Assembly: GCA_028866275.1 (NCBI GenBank)
Contig: JAGWIK010000010.1
Location: 7,852 to 71,851 of the forward strand
Length of the DNA stretch: 64,000 nucleotides
Reading direction: 5' to 3'
DNA from: Alphaproteobacteria bacterium
GTDB lineage: Bacteria; Pseudomonadota; Alphaproteobacteria; UBA9219
Shown one piece after another: positions 37,049-46,554 of the stretch. Numbering within the stretch: position 1 is the stretch's first letter; every line of letters starts with the position of its first letter. The notes below the pieces were generated by a model. The model did no database searches. It worked only from the letters and a program-made list of their open reading frames with translations, and was not told where the DNA came from. The position numbers were made by a program, and so were the translations under genes.

Positions 37049-37815
37049 GTCCATACCTTCCAGGGCGCTTGGCCTTCCGCCCAGCGGTTTTCCAACTGTA
37101 CCTTGTCGCGCAGCGTGTCCATGGCTTGCCAAAAACCGTTATGGCGATACGCCATCAACTGCCCGCCCGCCGCAAGACGCCGCATTGGTTCCTGCTCCCA
37201 CACGACGTTGTCGCCGTCGATGAAATCCAAAACGGCGGGTTCAAGAACAAAAAAGCCGCCATTGATCCAGCCGCCGTCGCCCTTGGGCTTTTCCTCGACC
37301 GCGGCAACAGCGTCGCCGGCAAAACTCAACGCGCCGAAACGACCGGGCGGCTGCACAGCCGTCACGGTTGCGTATTTTTTGTGCGCGGCATGCCAGGTCA
37401 CCAGTCTGGCAATGTCTATATCGGCGACGCCATCGCCATAAGTCATGCAGAAAGTTTCGTTATCAAGAAATTCCCTGACACGCCGCAAACGCCCCCCCGT
37501 CATCGTATCCAGACCGGTATCGACCAGCGTGACCTTCCATGGCTCAGCGCGCTGGTGATGGATTTGCAAATGCGCGCGCGCCATATCGATGGTTACATCG
37601 CCCATGTGCAAGACATAATTTGCGAAATATTCTTTAATGGCATAGCCCTTGTACCCGCAACAGATTACAAAGTCGTTGATGCCGTATGTGCTGAATATTT
37701 TAAGAATGTGCCACAAAATCGGCTTGCCGCCGATTTCAACCATCGGCTTCGGACGCGCAGTGGTTTCTTCGCTGATGCGCGTGCCATAACCGCCTGCAAG
37801 AACGACTGCTTTCAT
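37045..37815 (-). CDS. rfbF: Glucose-1-phosphate cytidylyltransferase
   Basis: MKAVVLAGGYGTRISEETTARPKPMVEIGGKPILWHILKIFSTYGINDFVICCGYKGY. Start trimmed to ATG at 37815. Confidence 0.9.
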   Translation of the reverse strand: MKAVVLAGGYGTRISEETTARPKPMVEIGGKPILWHILKIFSTYGINDFVICCGYKGYAIKEYFANYVLHMGDVTIDMARAHLQIHHQRAEPWKVTLVDTGLDTMTGGRLRRVREFLDNETFCMTYGDGVADIDIARLVTWHAAHKKYATVTAVQPPGRFGALSFAGDAVAAVEEKPKGDGGWINGGFFVLEPAVLDFIDGDNVVWEQEPMRRLAAGGQLMAYRHNGFWQAMDTLRDKVQLENRWAEGQAPWKVWT

Positions 37816-38130
37816 GACGGGCCAAAAGACAAATTGAAAAGAGGACTGTCCCCAAAGGTCATACGCAAAAACGCCTGAAGTGACAAGGTCGGTGCTGCCG
37901 AAAACAAAGGATGTCATCCGTCACGATGAAAACCGCGATGATTCGCCGCATATACGGATGTTTTTTGCCGGCTGGGCTTGGTTGAAGGCAATCTCACATA
38001 TTGATCGAGGACAATGGATGTCATTTGAACGAATTGTCGTCAAGAACTAACTATTTTGTACGCAATGGTAAATTTTGTAAAAATTGTCCTTCACGCTCTC
38101 TTTCACAAGGCCCTAAACGCAAAAGCAGAA

Positions 38131-38373
38131 CTACCAGAATCTTTTATTGGCAAAAGCTTTTCCAGAACCGGTTTTTAGATATTTCTCAAATCCATAGGCT
38201 TTGTATTTATCATGAAAGGCATGATAGGCGACCAATTCCCAAGGTTTGTATTTAGCGGTGTGTTCAGAAAACCCCCTATTATGGTCTTCAAAGCGTTTCT
38301 TCAGATCCTCGGTGACACCAACGTATTTTTGTTCTGGTTGGCTCAGGCTTTTGAGAAGATAAACGTAGTACAT
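38131..38373 (-). CDS. Stand-alone GIY-YIG (URI) domain nuclease-family protein, 80 aa; markedly low GC
   Basis: MYYVYLLKSLSQPEQKYVGVTEDLKKRFEDHN... gives the GIY...YIG motifs. The ORF-track version (to 38550) runs through hairpins and tRNA-Pro and was trimmed. Confidence 0.75.
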   Translation of the reverse strand: MYYVYLLKSLSQPEQKYVGVTEDLKKRFEDHNRGFSEHTAKYKPWELVAYHAFHDKYKAYGFEKYLKTGSGKAFANKRFW

Positions 38374-38448
38374 TGGTTGCGCATGCCTCAAATGAGGTAA
38401 AAAAACCGCAACCGGCCCTCCTACGCTCGCTGCGCGAGCTTCGAAGGG

Positions 38449-38506
38449 CATCCTTCGCCCTTTGGGCTCAGGTGGCTGCGCCATCCGAAGCCCAAAGGGC
38501 GAAGGA

Positions 38507-38508
<2 letters not shown>
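38449..38508. repeat. Perfect 20-bp inverted repeat (CATCCTTCGCCCTTTGGGCT / AGCCCAAAGGGCGAAGGATG) with 20-nt loop, abutting the 3' end of tRNA-Pro
   Basis: Read directly; arms at 38449-38468 and 38489-38508. Further small hairpins (GCTCGC-tgc-GCGAGC; CCGCAACCGG preceded by A7) lie at 38400-38440. Confidence 0.85.
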
Positions 38509-38583
<75 letters not shown>

Positions 38584-38658
38584 ACGCCCACCTGAATAGG
38601 CAAAAAAGCCCGTTCGGGCAATCTTATAATTTTACAACCGATTGGTTTCATAATAGTT

Positions 38659-41286
38659 ATGGGCCGGTTTCATTCCGCCCTCTGTTTTTTGCGTGATTCC
38701 GTGCTGACATCCCTGATTATCGCGCTGGTGCAAATCAGCCGCCGTTTCGCCGCCCTGATCGCGCTGGCCGCCCTGCTGGCCAGCATCGGGCTTGGCGTCT
38801 ATGTGGTGAAAAACATCAAAATCAACACCGATGTCGATCAATTGCTGGCGGCCGATCTCGGCTGGCGCCAACGCGAAAAAGCGCTGGCCGCCGATTTCCC
38901 CGACAAAGTCGACAATCTGGTCGTGGTGATCGACGGCCCCGACGCAGCGCGGGTCGACGCCGCCGCCGCCGCGCTGGCCGCCCGGTTACAGGCGGAACCG
39001 GATTTGTTCACTTACGTCGCCCGCCCCGACGCCCTGCCCTATTTCCGCACCAACGGATTACTGTTGATGCCGAAAAACGAGCTTGCCGATACGCTCGACC
39101 GCATCACGCAAGCGCAACCTTTGCTTGGCGTCCTGACCACCGACCCCACGCTGCGCGGATTTTTCGGGCTGATCGGGTTGATGGCGCAAGGCGTACAGGT
39201 CGGGCAAACCGATGCGGCGCAGCTGGCGCGGCCTTTGGCCGCGATCGACGCCACGGTCAACGCCGCGCTGGCGGGTAAAGATATGCCGCTGGATTGGGCG
39301 CAAATGGTTCCCCCGCCAAAAGACAGCGCGATACCGGACGGCACCCGCGCCTATATCATCACAAAACCCGTGCTCGACTTTTCCTCGCTGCAACCCGGCG
39401 AAAAAGCAACCAACGCGCTTCGTCAGGCCGTGACCGATTTGGGGCTGGCCGCGCAAGGCGTGCGTGTGCGCCTGACGGGCTCGGTAGCGTTGAACGACCA
39501 GCAATTCGCCAGCGTCACCGAAGGCGCGGGCTTTGCGACGATTTTATCCGGCGTTCTGGTTCTGTTGTTATTGTTTCTGGCGATGCGGACATGGCGGATT
39601 ATCGTTCCGATTGCCCTGACCCTTGTCGCGGGGCTTATTGCATCGACCGCTTTTGCGGTTTTTGCCGTGGGTTCTCTGAACCTTATCTCGGTGGCTTTTG
39701 CGGTGATGTTCATCGGCATCGCCGTCGATTTCGGCATTCAATTCGGCGTGCGCTACCGCGACCAGCATTATCTGGAAGCCGACCATGCCAAAGCAATGAC
39801 ACACACGGCGCGCATCATCGCCGTACCGCTGGCCATGGCGGCGGCGTCGACGGCGCTGGGCTTTCTATCCTTCATCCCCACGCAATATCGCGGCGTGTCG
39901 GAATTGGGCCTGATTGCGGGCAGCGGCATGGTTATCGCCTTTTTCCTCAACGTTACCTTGCTGCCGGCCCTGATGACCTTGCTGCCTGCGCCGCCGGAAC
40001 GCGAAACGATCGGCTTTCAGGCTCTTGCCCCTCTCAACGCTTTTTTACAAAACCGCCGCAAGATTTTGCTGCCTCTTATCGCCGTGCTGGCCTTGGCCGG
40101 ACTGGCGGCAGCGTCCCGGGTGCAATTCGATTTCGACCCGCTGGATCTCGACGATCCGCATGCGGAATCGGTATCCACGATGTTTGACCTGATGAAAGAA
40201 CCGAACTCGGACGCCTATGCCGCGCAATTGCTGGCCCCGACTTTGGACGCGGCGCAAACAATGGCGGCGCGGCTTGAAAAACTGCCGCAGGTCGACAGCG
40301 TCATGGATCTGGCCAGCTTCGTACCGGACGATCAGGCCGCAAAAATCAAAATGATCGCGGACACCCAATCCCTGCTGGCCCCGACTTTGGCCTTGCCCGC
40401 GCAACCCGCCCCCGACGACGCGCAAACATGCGACGCGCTGACCAAGGCCGCATCGGCGCTACGGGCCATTGGCAACAAAGTCGCCTCGGCCAACGCGCTT
40501 GCCGACAGTCTGGATAAACTGGCCAAGGCATCGCCGGATGCCCGCACCCGCGCGCAAAAAGATATCATCGTCCCGCTGCAAAAGAAATTTGGCGAAATCC
40601 GCGGCCTTCTTAACCCGCACCCGGTTTCGATGGCCGACATCCCCGACGCGTTGAAAAAGGATTGGGTAACGCCGGACGGCCAATATCTGGTCGAAGCCCT
40701 GCCCAAGCGCGGGCCCGACGGCAATCCGCGGGATCCGAAAATGCTGAAGCATTTCATCGGGGCCATACGGGCGATCTATCCCGACGTCGCAGGCACCCCG
40801 GTATCGATCATCGAATCGGGCCGTACCGTCGTTTCCGCCTTTATCCATGCCGGAATTTACGGCGTGGTATCGATCGGCCTGCTGGCCCTGATCACCCTAC
40901 GCCGCGTTCGCGACGTACTGTTGATGCTGACGCCCCTGCTCATCGCCGGAGATTTGACGCTGGCCACCATCACGGTCATCGGCTTGCCGCTCAATTTCGC
41001 CAATATCATCGCCCTGCCTTTGTTACTTAGCCTGGGGGTATCATACGCCGTCTATTTCGTCTCCTATTGGCGTAATGGCGGCCGCGACTTGCTGCAATCC
41101 AGCATGGCGCGCGCTGTTTTATTCAGCGCAGGCACGGTGTTAGTAGCCTTTATGTCCCTATGCTTTTCCGCCCATCCGGGCACCCGGAGCATGGGGGAAT
41201 TATTAACGATTGCTCTGCTATATTCTTTGCTCTGCACGTTTTTCATGCTTCCTGTTTTTCTTAGTTCTGATAAAAAGAGGCGTTGA
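38659..41286 (+). CDS. hpnN: MMPL/RND-superfamily transporter, HpnN-like hopanoid exporter
   Basis: 875 aa with two 6-TM MMPL blocks (FIGIAVDFGIQF...). N-terminal periplasmic region resembles HpnN proteins as I recall them. The exact start is uncertain. Confidence 0.75.
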   Translation: MGRFHSALCFLRDSVLTSLIIALVQISRRFAALIALAALLASIGLGVYVVKNIKINTDVDQLLAADLGWRQREKALAADFPDKVDNLVVVIDGPDAARVDAAAAALAARLQAEPDLFTYVARPDALPYFRTNGLLLMPKNELADTLDRITQAQPLLGVLTTDPTLRGFFGLIGLMAQGVQVGQTDAAQLARPLAAIDATVNAALAGKDMPLDWAQMVPPPKDSAIPDGTRAYIITKPVLDFSSLQPGEKATNALRQAVTDLGLAAQGVRVRLTGSVALNDQQFASVTEGAGFATILSGVLVLLLLFLAMRTWRIIVPIALTLVAGLIASTAFAVFAVGSLNLISVAFAVMFIGIAVDFGIQFGVRYRDQHYLEADHAKAMTHTARIIAVPLAMAAASTALGFLSFIPTQYRGVSELGLIAGSGMVIAFFLNVTLLPALMTLLPAPPERETIGFQALAPLNAFLQNRRKILLPLIAVLALAGLAAASRVQFDFDPLDLDDPHAESVSTMFDLMKEPNSDAYAAQLLAPTLDAAQTMAARLEKLPQVDSVMDLASFVPDDQAAKIKMIADTQSLLAPTLALPAQPAPDDAQTCDALTKAASALRAIGNKVASANALADSLDKLAKASPDARTRAQKDIIVPLQKKFGEIRGLLNPHPVSMADIPDALKKDWVTPDGQYLVEALPKRGPDGNPRDPKMLKHFIGAIRAIYPDVAGTPVSIIESGRTVVSAFIHAGIYGVVSIGLLALITLRRVRDVLLMLTPLLIAGDLTLATITVIGLPLNFANIIALPLLLSLGVSYAVYFVSYWRNGGRDLLQSSMARAVLFSAGTVLVAFMSLCFSAHPGTRSMGELLTIALLYSLLCTFFMLPVFLSSDKKRR

Positions 41287-41287
41287 T

Positions 41288-42076
41288 ATGTCTGATTCCA
41301 TTCAAGGTTCCCCCATGCCGTTCCGCCGTTTGACCCTTGCCGCCGCGCTGATCCTCCTGCCCGCCACGCTTGCCGGCTGCGCCGATGTGCCGCAATCCCC
41401 CGAAGCCAAGGCGGAAGCCAACGCCGTCAACGATCCCCTGGAATCGGTGAACCGCGTCACGTTTGACGTCAATGACTTTATGGACAGGCTGCTGATCCAC
41501 CCATTGACGGAATTATACCGCTTTGCCATGCCGGATTATCTGCGCGGACGCATTGCCAATATCCTGTCCAACATGGGCGAACCCGTCGTTTTTGCCAACG
41601 CCTTGATGCAAGGGCGCACCGGCGCGGCCGAAACCACAGCCGAACGTTTCCTGACCAACACCACGGTCGGCGTCGGCGGCGTGTTCGATGTCGCGACGGA
41701 TTGGCATATGCCGGCGCAATCGGCGGATTTCGGCCAAACCCTGTCAAGCTGGGGCGTCGCAAGCGGGCCGTATCTCGTCCTGCCGTTGTTCGGGCCGTCG
41801 AATTTCCGCGACGCGCTGGGCTTGGGCGTCGATATGGTCATGTCGCCGTGGCAATATCTCGCCGGCATTGGCGGCAATGGCACGCAAGACCGTTATGACT
41901 ATTCCGACTTTGCCGCCGACGGCCTGACCCGCAGCGACCAGAATCTGGATGGCTATGACGCGCTGCGTTCCGGTTCGCTGGACTTCTACGCCGAAATGCG
42001 CAGCGTCTATCGCCAGTATCGCGACAAACAGCTGGGCGTCAAAACCTCGGAACCGTCTTTTGACGAAATTCCGTAA
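41288..42076 (+). CDS. mlaA: MlaA/VacJ-family outer-membrane lipoprotein
   Basis: Lipobox LAGC, DPLESVNRVTFDVNDF, GEPVVFANALMQG. ATG lies 1 nt after the hpnN TGA. Confidence 0.88.
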   Translation: MSDSIQGSPMPFRRLTLAAALILLPATLAGCADVPQSPEAKAEANAVNDPLESVNRVTFDVNDFMDRLLIHPLTELYRFAMPDYLRGRIANILSNMGEPVVFANALMQGRTGAAETTAERFLTNTTVGVGGVFDVATDWHMPAQSADFGQTLSSWGVASGPYLVLPLFGPSNFRDALGLGVDMVMSPWQYLAGIGGNGTQDRYDYSDFAADGLTRSDQNLDGYDALRSGSLDFYAEMRSVYRQYRDKQLGVKTSEPSFDEIP

Positions 42077-42082
42077 CAGTAC

Positions 42083-42793
42083 TTAGCCCAGAAGCGAGAA
42101 CCAGCTCTGGCAATCGTCTAAATCGCGGCGAATGGCGGCGTGGCGTTCCTGAATTTCAGCGTCCGCGCCCCATTTGCGCACCTGCCAAAGCTGCTCAAGC
42201 TCTGCGGCATTGAAAACGCTTTCCGCGTCGGCGTATCCCGTTGCCAGAGCCAGCCCCAGAACCAGCGACGAACTGACGCCCACCGCTTCGCTGACGCCGA
42301 TCAGGCGATAATCGTCAAGGCTTTCGACATAGGCGCGCAACGGCGCCAGCGTTTCCGGCAATTGCTGGAACGGAACCACGCCGCTGCCCAGCAACAACCC
42401 GATATTGAAACGCGCCTCGCACCAATCAAGGAAAGGCTGCCAGACGCGATGCTGTTCCTGCATCAGATCGTCCGGCTCCATCGCGCGCTGGCAGACCAAT
42501 TCGCTGTCGGCATAACGCATGATGCCGTCGATAATATTGCCGCGCTGCAACGGCGCGATGTCCAGAACCGTCAACGTCATCTGCACCATCGGCATTTTGC
42601 GTAAATCGAGCCGTTCTTCGGTTTGCGCCAGACATTCGTGCAACATGGCCTCGGCCAGTTTTCTATGCGCCACGGCCAAAGGCAAATCGCGCGGCGTTTT
42701 CATCATTTCGCCGTCGCGGTAAAGCGCGTACAGGCCGCCTTCTTCCTTCATGGCATAATCAGGCAAAGGTTTTTTAAGTGCGGACATTGTCAT
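42083..42793 (-). CDS. ATP12-family F1-ATPase assembly chaperone
   Basis: 236 aa. Typical alphaproteobacterial ATP12 pattern (LDGRPLKTP-like MKTPRDLPLAV..., ELVCQRA, SSSLVLGLAL). Confidence 0.75.
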   Translation of the reverse strand: MTMSALKKPLPDYAMKEEGGLYALYRDGEMMKTPRDLPLAVAHRKLAEAMLHECLAQTEERLDLRKMPMVQMTLTVLDIAPLQRGNIIDGIMRYADSELVCQRAMEPDDLMQEQHRVWQPFLDWCEARFNIGLLLGSGVVPFQQLPETLAPLRAYVESLDDYRLIGVSEAVGVSSSLVLGLALATGYADAESVFNAAELEQLWQVRKWGADAEIQERHAAIRRDLDDCQSWFSLLG

Positions 42794-42797
42794 TTTC

Positions 42798-45700
42798 CTA
42801 TTGTTTGTCGGAACTCGTGTCGTCTTGCGTATCGTCGCGGAAAAACAAATTGCGAATGAAGCCCGGCGTCAACAGCGACACGGGATTAACATTGATTTTT
42901 GGGGAATCCAAAGATCCCTTGATCGTATAGGACACCGCCAGCACGCCTTGGTTTTCGCCGCCGGTCAGCAGATTGCCTATCAAAGGAATATAATTCAGGA
43001 ATTTGTTGACGACGCTGAAAGGCACGACAGTGCCCTGCAAATCGGCGCGGCCGGAATTCATGTCGATTTTCCCGTCAACATTAATGCCGACGGCGGAACC
43101 CGCCCCATGCGCGCGGGTCAGGGTTATGCTGTCGCCCTGCCAGACAAAATCGCCTTCAAAGCGGCTGAAATCGGTGCTGTCGGTCAGAATGCCCGTAAAA
43201 CCGAAAGGCGACAACGTGTTCAGCAACAGGGCCAGCACCGGCAGGTTCTCGACCGTAAAAGACGTAATTTTAACATGGCCGTTGACGACGCGCGGCGCGT
43301 CCACCGAACTTTGCCCGGTCACGGAAAGCTTGCCGCCCTTGATCGTGTCGGTAAAGCCCAGACCTTCCATCGTCTTGCCGAAATCGTCGCTGACGATGCT
43401 GAAAATGCGATGGCCATCGGGTTGCGGATCAAGATGGATCGCCAGCGGCGTATCGCCTTGCGCCATGGCCGTCAGGTCTATGGCGCGCCACCCCTGCCGG
43501 TCGCGCACCGCAGTGCCCTTGACATTGTCCAGTTCGCCGACCGCGCCGGTATAAAGCTTGCCGACATTGACGTTATATTGTTTGGGACGCGGGTCGATTT
43601 TGTCGGGATCCTTGCCGCCGCGCAACCCCGATACATCAAGCGACGCCCCATTGGCGGTAAAAGACAGCACCCCATCCGGCCCCGGGCTTTGGGTAAAGTG
43701 CAACGCGGCATTGGTACGCCCCACAATGAGGGAAGGCATATCCAGCGACAGAATCTGCGTCATATCGGACGCAAGCGTCGCGGAACCGGACGCATGAACC
43801 TGCGCGCCGGTCAGGCTGATATTTTTAATATCGATATTTCCCTTGTCCGGCATCGACGCCTTGAATTTCAACAACGCGTTTTGGCCGGCGGGCTTCGTCC
43901 AGTTCAGCATATCGACGCGCAGCGCGGCCGCGTCCATATCGACCGAACCGGAAATGTCGGTTCGTTTTCTGGATGGCTCGTCAATAGACAGCGCAAGCCT
44001 CATCGGCCCTTTGCTGCCGTCGAAAGCGTCGATGCCGAAATTGTCCCATTCGCCGTCGCGCACCGCGCCGTTGATGTTGATATGCCGTATCGGCTGCCCC
44101 TTGCCGGGTTCGAAATTTTCCCGCCAGGCGATCTGGAACGGCACTTTGTTCAGATCGGCCTGCCCCTTCATCGCGAACCCCTTCATATCGAGCGTCTGGG
44201 TAAAATCGCCCTGACTGATATCGACGCCGGAAACGAGCTTGTCCGACGCGACGCCCGTGGCTTTGGCGGTTGCGTTGATGTCCACCTTGCTCATCGGCAG
44301 ATCTTTCAGCAAGGGCATGCGAAAATCGACGGTGCCGGCGATCTGGCCGCGGATATCATCGGGCGCAACCCCCAGCTTCCTGGCGTAACCCAGCGGCGGA
44401 TGATCGAGCAACGCCAGAATTTCGGGTATCGGCCCTTCGACCTTCAGGGGAATGTCGATATATTGATCCTCGGCGGACAGGCCGGTGATTTGCAAGGCGA
44501 ACGGCTGAATATGAATATTGCCGATGCCGCCGCTGGCGACATTCACCGTCATTTTATCCAGATCGAACACCGCCGTGCCGTTGACGTTTTTTGCCGCCGG
44601 CATGCCGTCCAGATAGGTAACGCTGGCATTGGCGACATCTATTTTGCCGTTGGCCCGCGCAACCGTTATGCCGGACAGATCCTTCTCCGACACGGAACCC
44701 GTTACCTGCGCTTCCGCATGGGTAAAAGTGCCGTCGCGCAAATTGGAAGTCAGCCAATCCCGCGCATCCGCCAGAACCGGCTTGGGACACAGCGCGCCAT
44801 AACGATCGATCGGCATGTTATCGACGGTGGCGTTCAGGGTAAAATCCATATCCTTGCCGGGTTGCGTCGACGGCACGCCATCGGCAGACAATGTCAGTTT
44901 AACTCCATCCAGATTGGCTTGCGTATCGGATATGGTGAATTGACGCGCATCGCGGTCATAGGCCGCGTTGAAATCCGCCGACGTGACGGAAACGGGCTTG
45001 TCCCAGAAAGGGACATAGACAAGCCGCCCCGCATCGCCGTGAATCTGCGCGATGGCCGCCTGCAGCGACAGATTCCCGTCAAAGACAACCTCGATTTTTC
45101 CGGACAAAGGCAGATCGGCAATGGCGGCCGCCCCCAACCCCAATGTTTCCGGATGCCCGCCCGCCAGAAAAGCCGGATTCAACGCATTGAACGAAGTCGA
45201 CAGGCTGTGCTGTTTTTTCACGGCATCGTACAGGTAATGCACGTCAAGCGTCGCATCGCCGTCCTGCTGCGTAACCGCGACGGCGATATGTCCTTCCAGA
45301 TTGCCGTAATCGATGTGGTCGCCTTCGCGTTTGAAACCCAGACGATCGATGCTGATTTCGGGAATGCTCACCGACCAATCTTTTTGCGTGGCATCGTCAT
45401 GAATATCGACCACGGCGCGCGTAACGGCCAAATGCCGCATCAAGATCGTATGCTCGATATGGTGAAAAACGGTTTCCAGAATTTCCGCGGCGGGCTTGCC
45501 TTCATTATCGCCGCCGCCCGTCATCACCATGCCGCCAAAGGTAAAAGAACCGCGCGCCGTGCGCCGCAACTCAATCTGCGGATGATCGATATCCAGCTCT
45601 TTGGGCATGAACTGGCCGAACATCAGGCCAAAAATGCTGATACCGGCATGCAGGGACGGAATATCGGCAATCGTGTTCCCCTGCCCGTCGGCAACCGTAA

Positions 45701-45938
45701 TGCCCGTCGCCCGCACCGACACGGTGCGGGTGGCGCTGTCCCATGTCATTTGCGTATTGGCGACGCCGACCTTGCTGTCGGGAATGATGCTTTCGATACC
45801 GGTTTCGATATAGGGGGTCAGGAAATCCGAATTGACGGGCTTGGTGCTGAGCCGCCACGCCAGCAACATGGCCAGAATGACGGTTATGCCGACAAGCGCG
45901 GCAATAACCTCGGCCAGATATCGAAGAAAGCGCAACAT
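42798..45938 (-). CDS. YhdP/AsmA-like giant envelope protein (DUF3971 + AsmA_2-type C-terminus)
   Basis: 1046 aa. Single N-terminal TM (VIAALVGITVILAMLLAW), long beta-rich body, C-terminal ...LIGNLLTGGENQGVLAVSYTIKGSLDSPKINVNPVSLLTPGFIRNLF. Start trimmed to ATG at 45938. Confidence 0.8.
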   Translation of the reverse strand: MLRFLRYLAEVIAALVGITVILAMLLAWRLSTKPVNSDFLTPYIETGIESIIPDSKVGVANTQMTWDSATRTVSVRATGITVADGQGNTIADIPSLHAGISIFGLMFGQFMPKELDIDHPQIELRRTARGSFTFGGMVMTGGGDNEGKPAAEILETVFHHIEHTILMRHLAVTRAVVDIHDDATQKDWSVSIPEISIDRLGFKREGDHIDYGNLEGHIAVAVTQQDGDATLDVHYLYDAVKKQHSLSTSFNALNPAFLAGGHPETLGLGAAAIADLPLSGKIEVVFDGNLSLQAAIAQIHGDAGRLVYVPFWDKPVSVTSADFNAAYDRDARQFTISDTQANLDGVKLTLSADGVPSTQPGKDMDFTLNATVDNMPIDRYGALCPKPVLADARDWLTSNLRDGTFTHAEAQVTGSVSEKDLSGITVARANGKIDVANASVTYLDGMPAAKNVNGTAVFDLDKMTVNVASGGIGNIHIQPFALQITGLSAEDQYIDIPLKVEGPIPEILALLDHPPLGYARKLGVAPDDIRGQIAGTVDFRMPLLKDLPMSKVDINATAKATGVASDKLVSGVDISQGDFTQTLDMKGFAMKGQADLNKVPFQIAWRENFEPGKGQPIRHININGAVRDGEWDNFGIDAFDGSKGPMRLALSIDEPSRKRTDISGSVDMDAAALRVDMLNWTKPAGQNALLKFKASMPDKGNIDIKNISLTGAQVHASGSATLASDMTQILSLDMPSLIVGRTNAALHFTQSPGPDGVLSFTANGASLDVSGLRGGKDPDKIDPRPKQYNVNVGKLYTGAVGELDNVKGTAVRDRQGWRAIDLTAMAQGDTPLAIHLDPQPDGHRIFSIVSDDFGKTMEGLGFTDTIKGGKLSVTGQSSVDAPRVVNGHVKITSFTVENLPVLALLLNTLSPFGFTGILTDSTDFSRFEGDFVWQGDSITLTRAHGAGSAVGINVDGKIDMNSGRADLQGTVVPFSVVNKFLNYIPLIGNLLTGGENQGVLAVSYTIKGSLDSPKINVNPVSLLTPGFIRNLFFRDDTQDDTSSDKQ

Positions 45939-46023
45939 ATAAGAACCTAACCCCGGCAGGCTGATATTGCTAAACCTGCGGCGCAGGGTGTATGAAGTTC
46001 TCCGCATTATACACGGAGGCAAC

Positions 46024-46554
46024 ATGCCAGTTACAGCGAAAAAAGCCGTTAAAAAAGCCCCGATTGCCAAGAAAAAGGCGCCAGCCGCGCCCGACGCCCT
46101 GATCGGCCGGCCTGCGCCCGCCTTCACCCTGCCCGCCACCCGCATCGGCAAAGCCAGCCTGAAAGACCTTAAAGGCAAGCCGTTCGTATTGTATTTTTAT
46201 CCCAAAGACGACACGTCGGGCTGCACGACCGAAGCATGCGGTTTTCGCGACGCTCTGCCCGCTTTTGCCAAACTGGGCGTAACCGTTATCGGCGTGTCCA
46301 AGGACAGTCTGGCAAGCCACGAAAAATTTGCCAAAAAATACGACCTGACCTTTCCGCTGGCGTCGGACGCCGACGGCGACATCTGCGAAAAATTTGGCGT
46401 CTGGAAAGAAAAAAGCATGTATGGCCGCAAATATATGGGCATCGAACGCTCGACCTTTCTCATCGACGGCAAAGGCGTCGTTCGCGCGGTGTGGCGCAAG
46501 GTCAGCGTGACCGGCCATATCGATGAGGTCGCCGGAGCAATTGCCGGTTTGTAA
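46024..46554 (+). CDS. bcp: Peroxiredoxin Bcp (thiol peroxidase) with Lys/Ala-rich N-terminal tail
   Basis: FVLYFYPKDDTSGCTTEAC active site. N-terminal MPVTAKKAVKKAPIAKKKAPAAP. Start trimmed to ATG at 46024. Confidence 0.88.
   Translation: MPVTAKKAVKKAPIAKKKAPAAPDALIGRPAPAFTLPATRIGKASLKDLKGKPFVLYFYPKDDTSGCTTEACGFRDALPAFAKLGVTVIGVSKDSLASHEKFAKKYDLTFPLASDADGDICEKFGVWKEKSMYGRKYMGIERSTFLIDGKGVVRAVWRKVSVTGHIDEVAGAIAGL

Noticed and set aside
41210-41287. The N-terminal extension of the mlaA ORF, overlapping the end of hpnN.
   Set aside because: The lipoprotein signal peptide and lipobox begin at the ATG at 41288, directly after the hpnN stop. The extension is hydrophobic out-of-frame read-through of hpnN.
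42801-45950. A 1049-aa plus-strand ORF, almost as long as the gene opposite it.
   Set aside because: It is a shadow ORF antisense to the YhdP/AsmA-like gene. Its composition is Arg/Gly/Ala/His-rich with no domain-like features. The minus-strand frame gives a coherent TM anchor, beta-rich body and conserved C-terminus. Long antisense ORFs are expected at this GC content.
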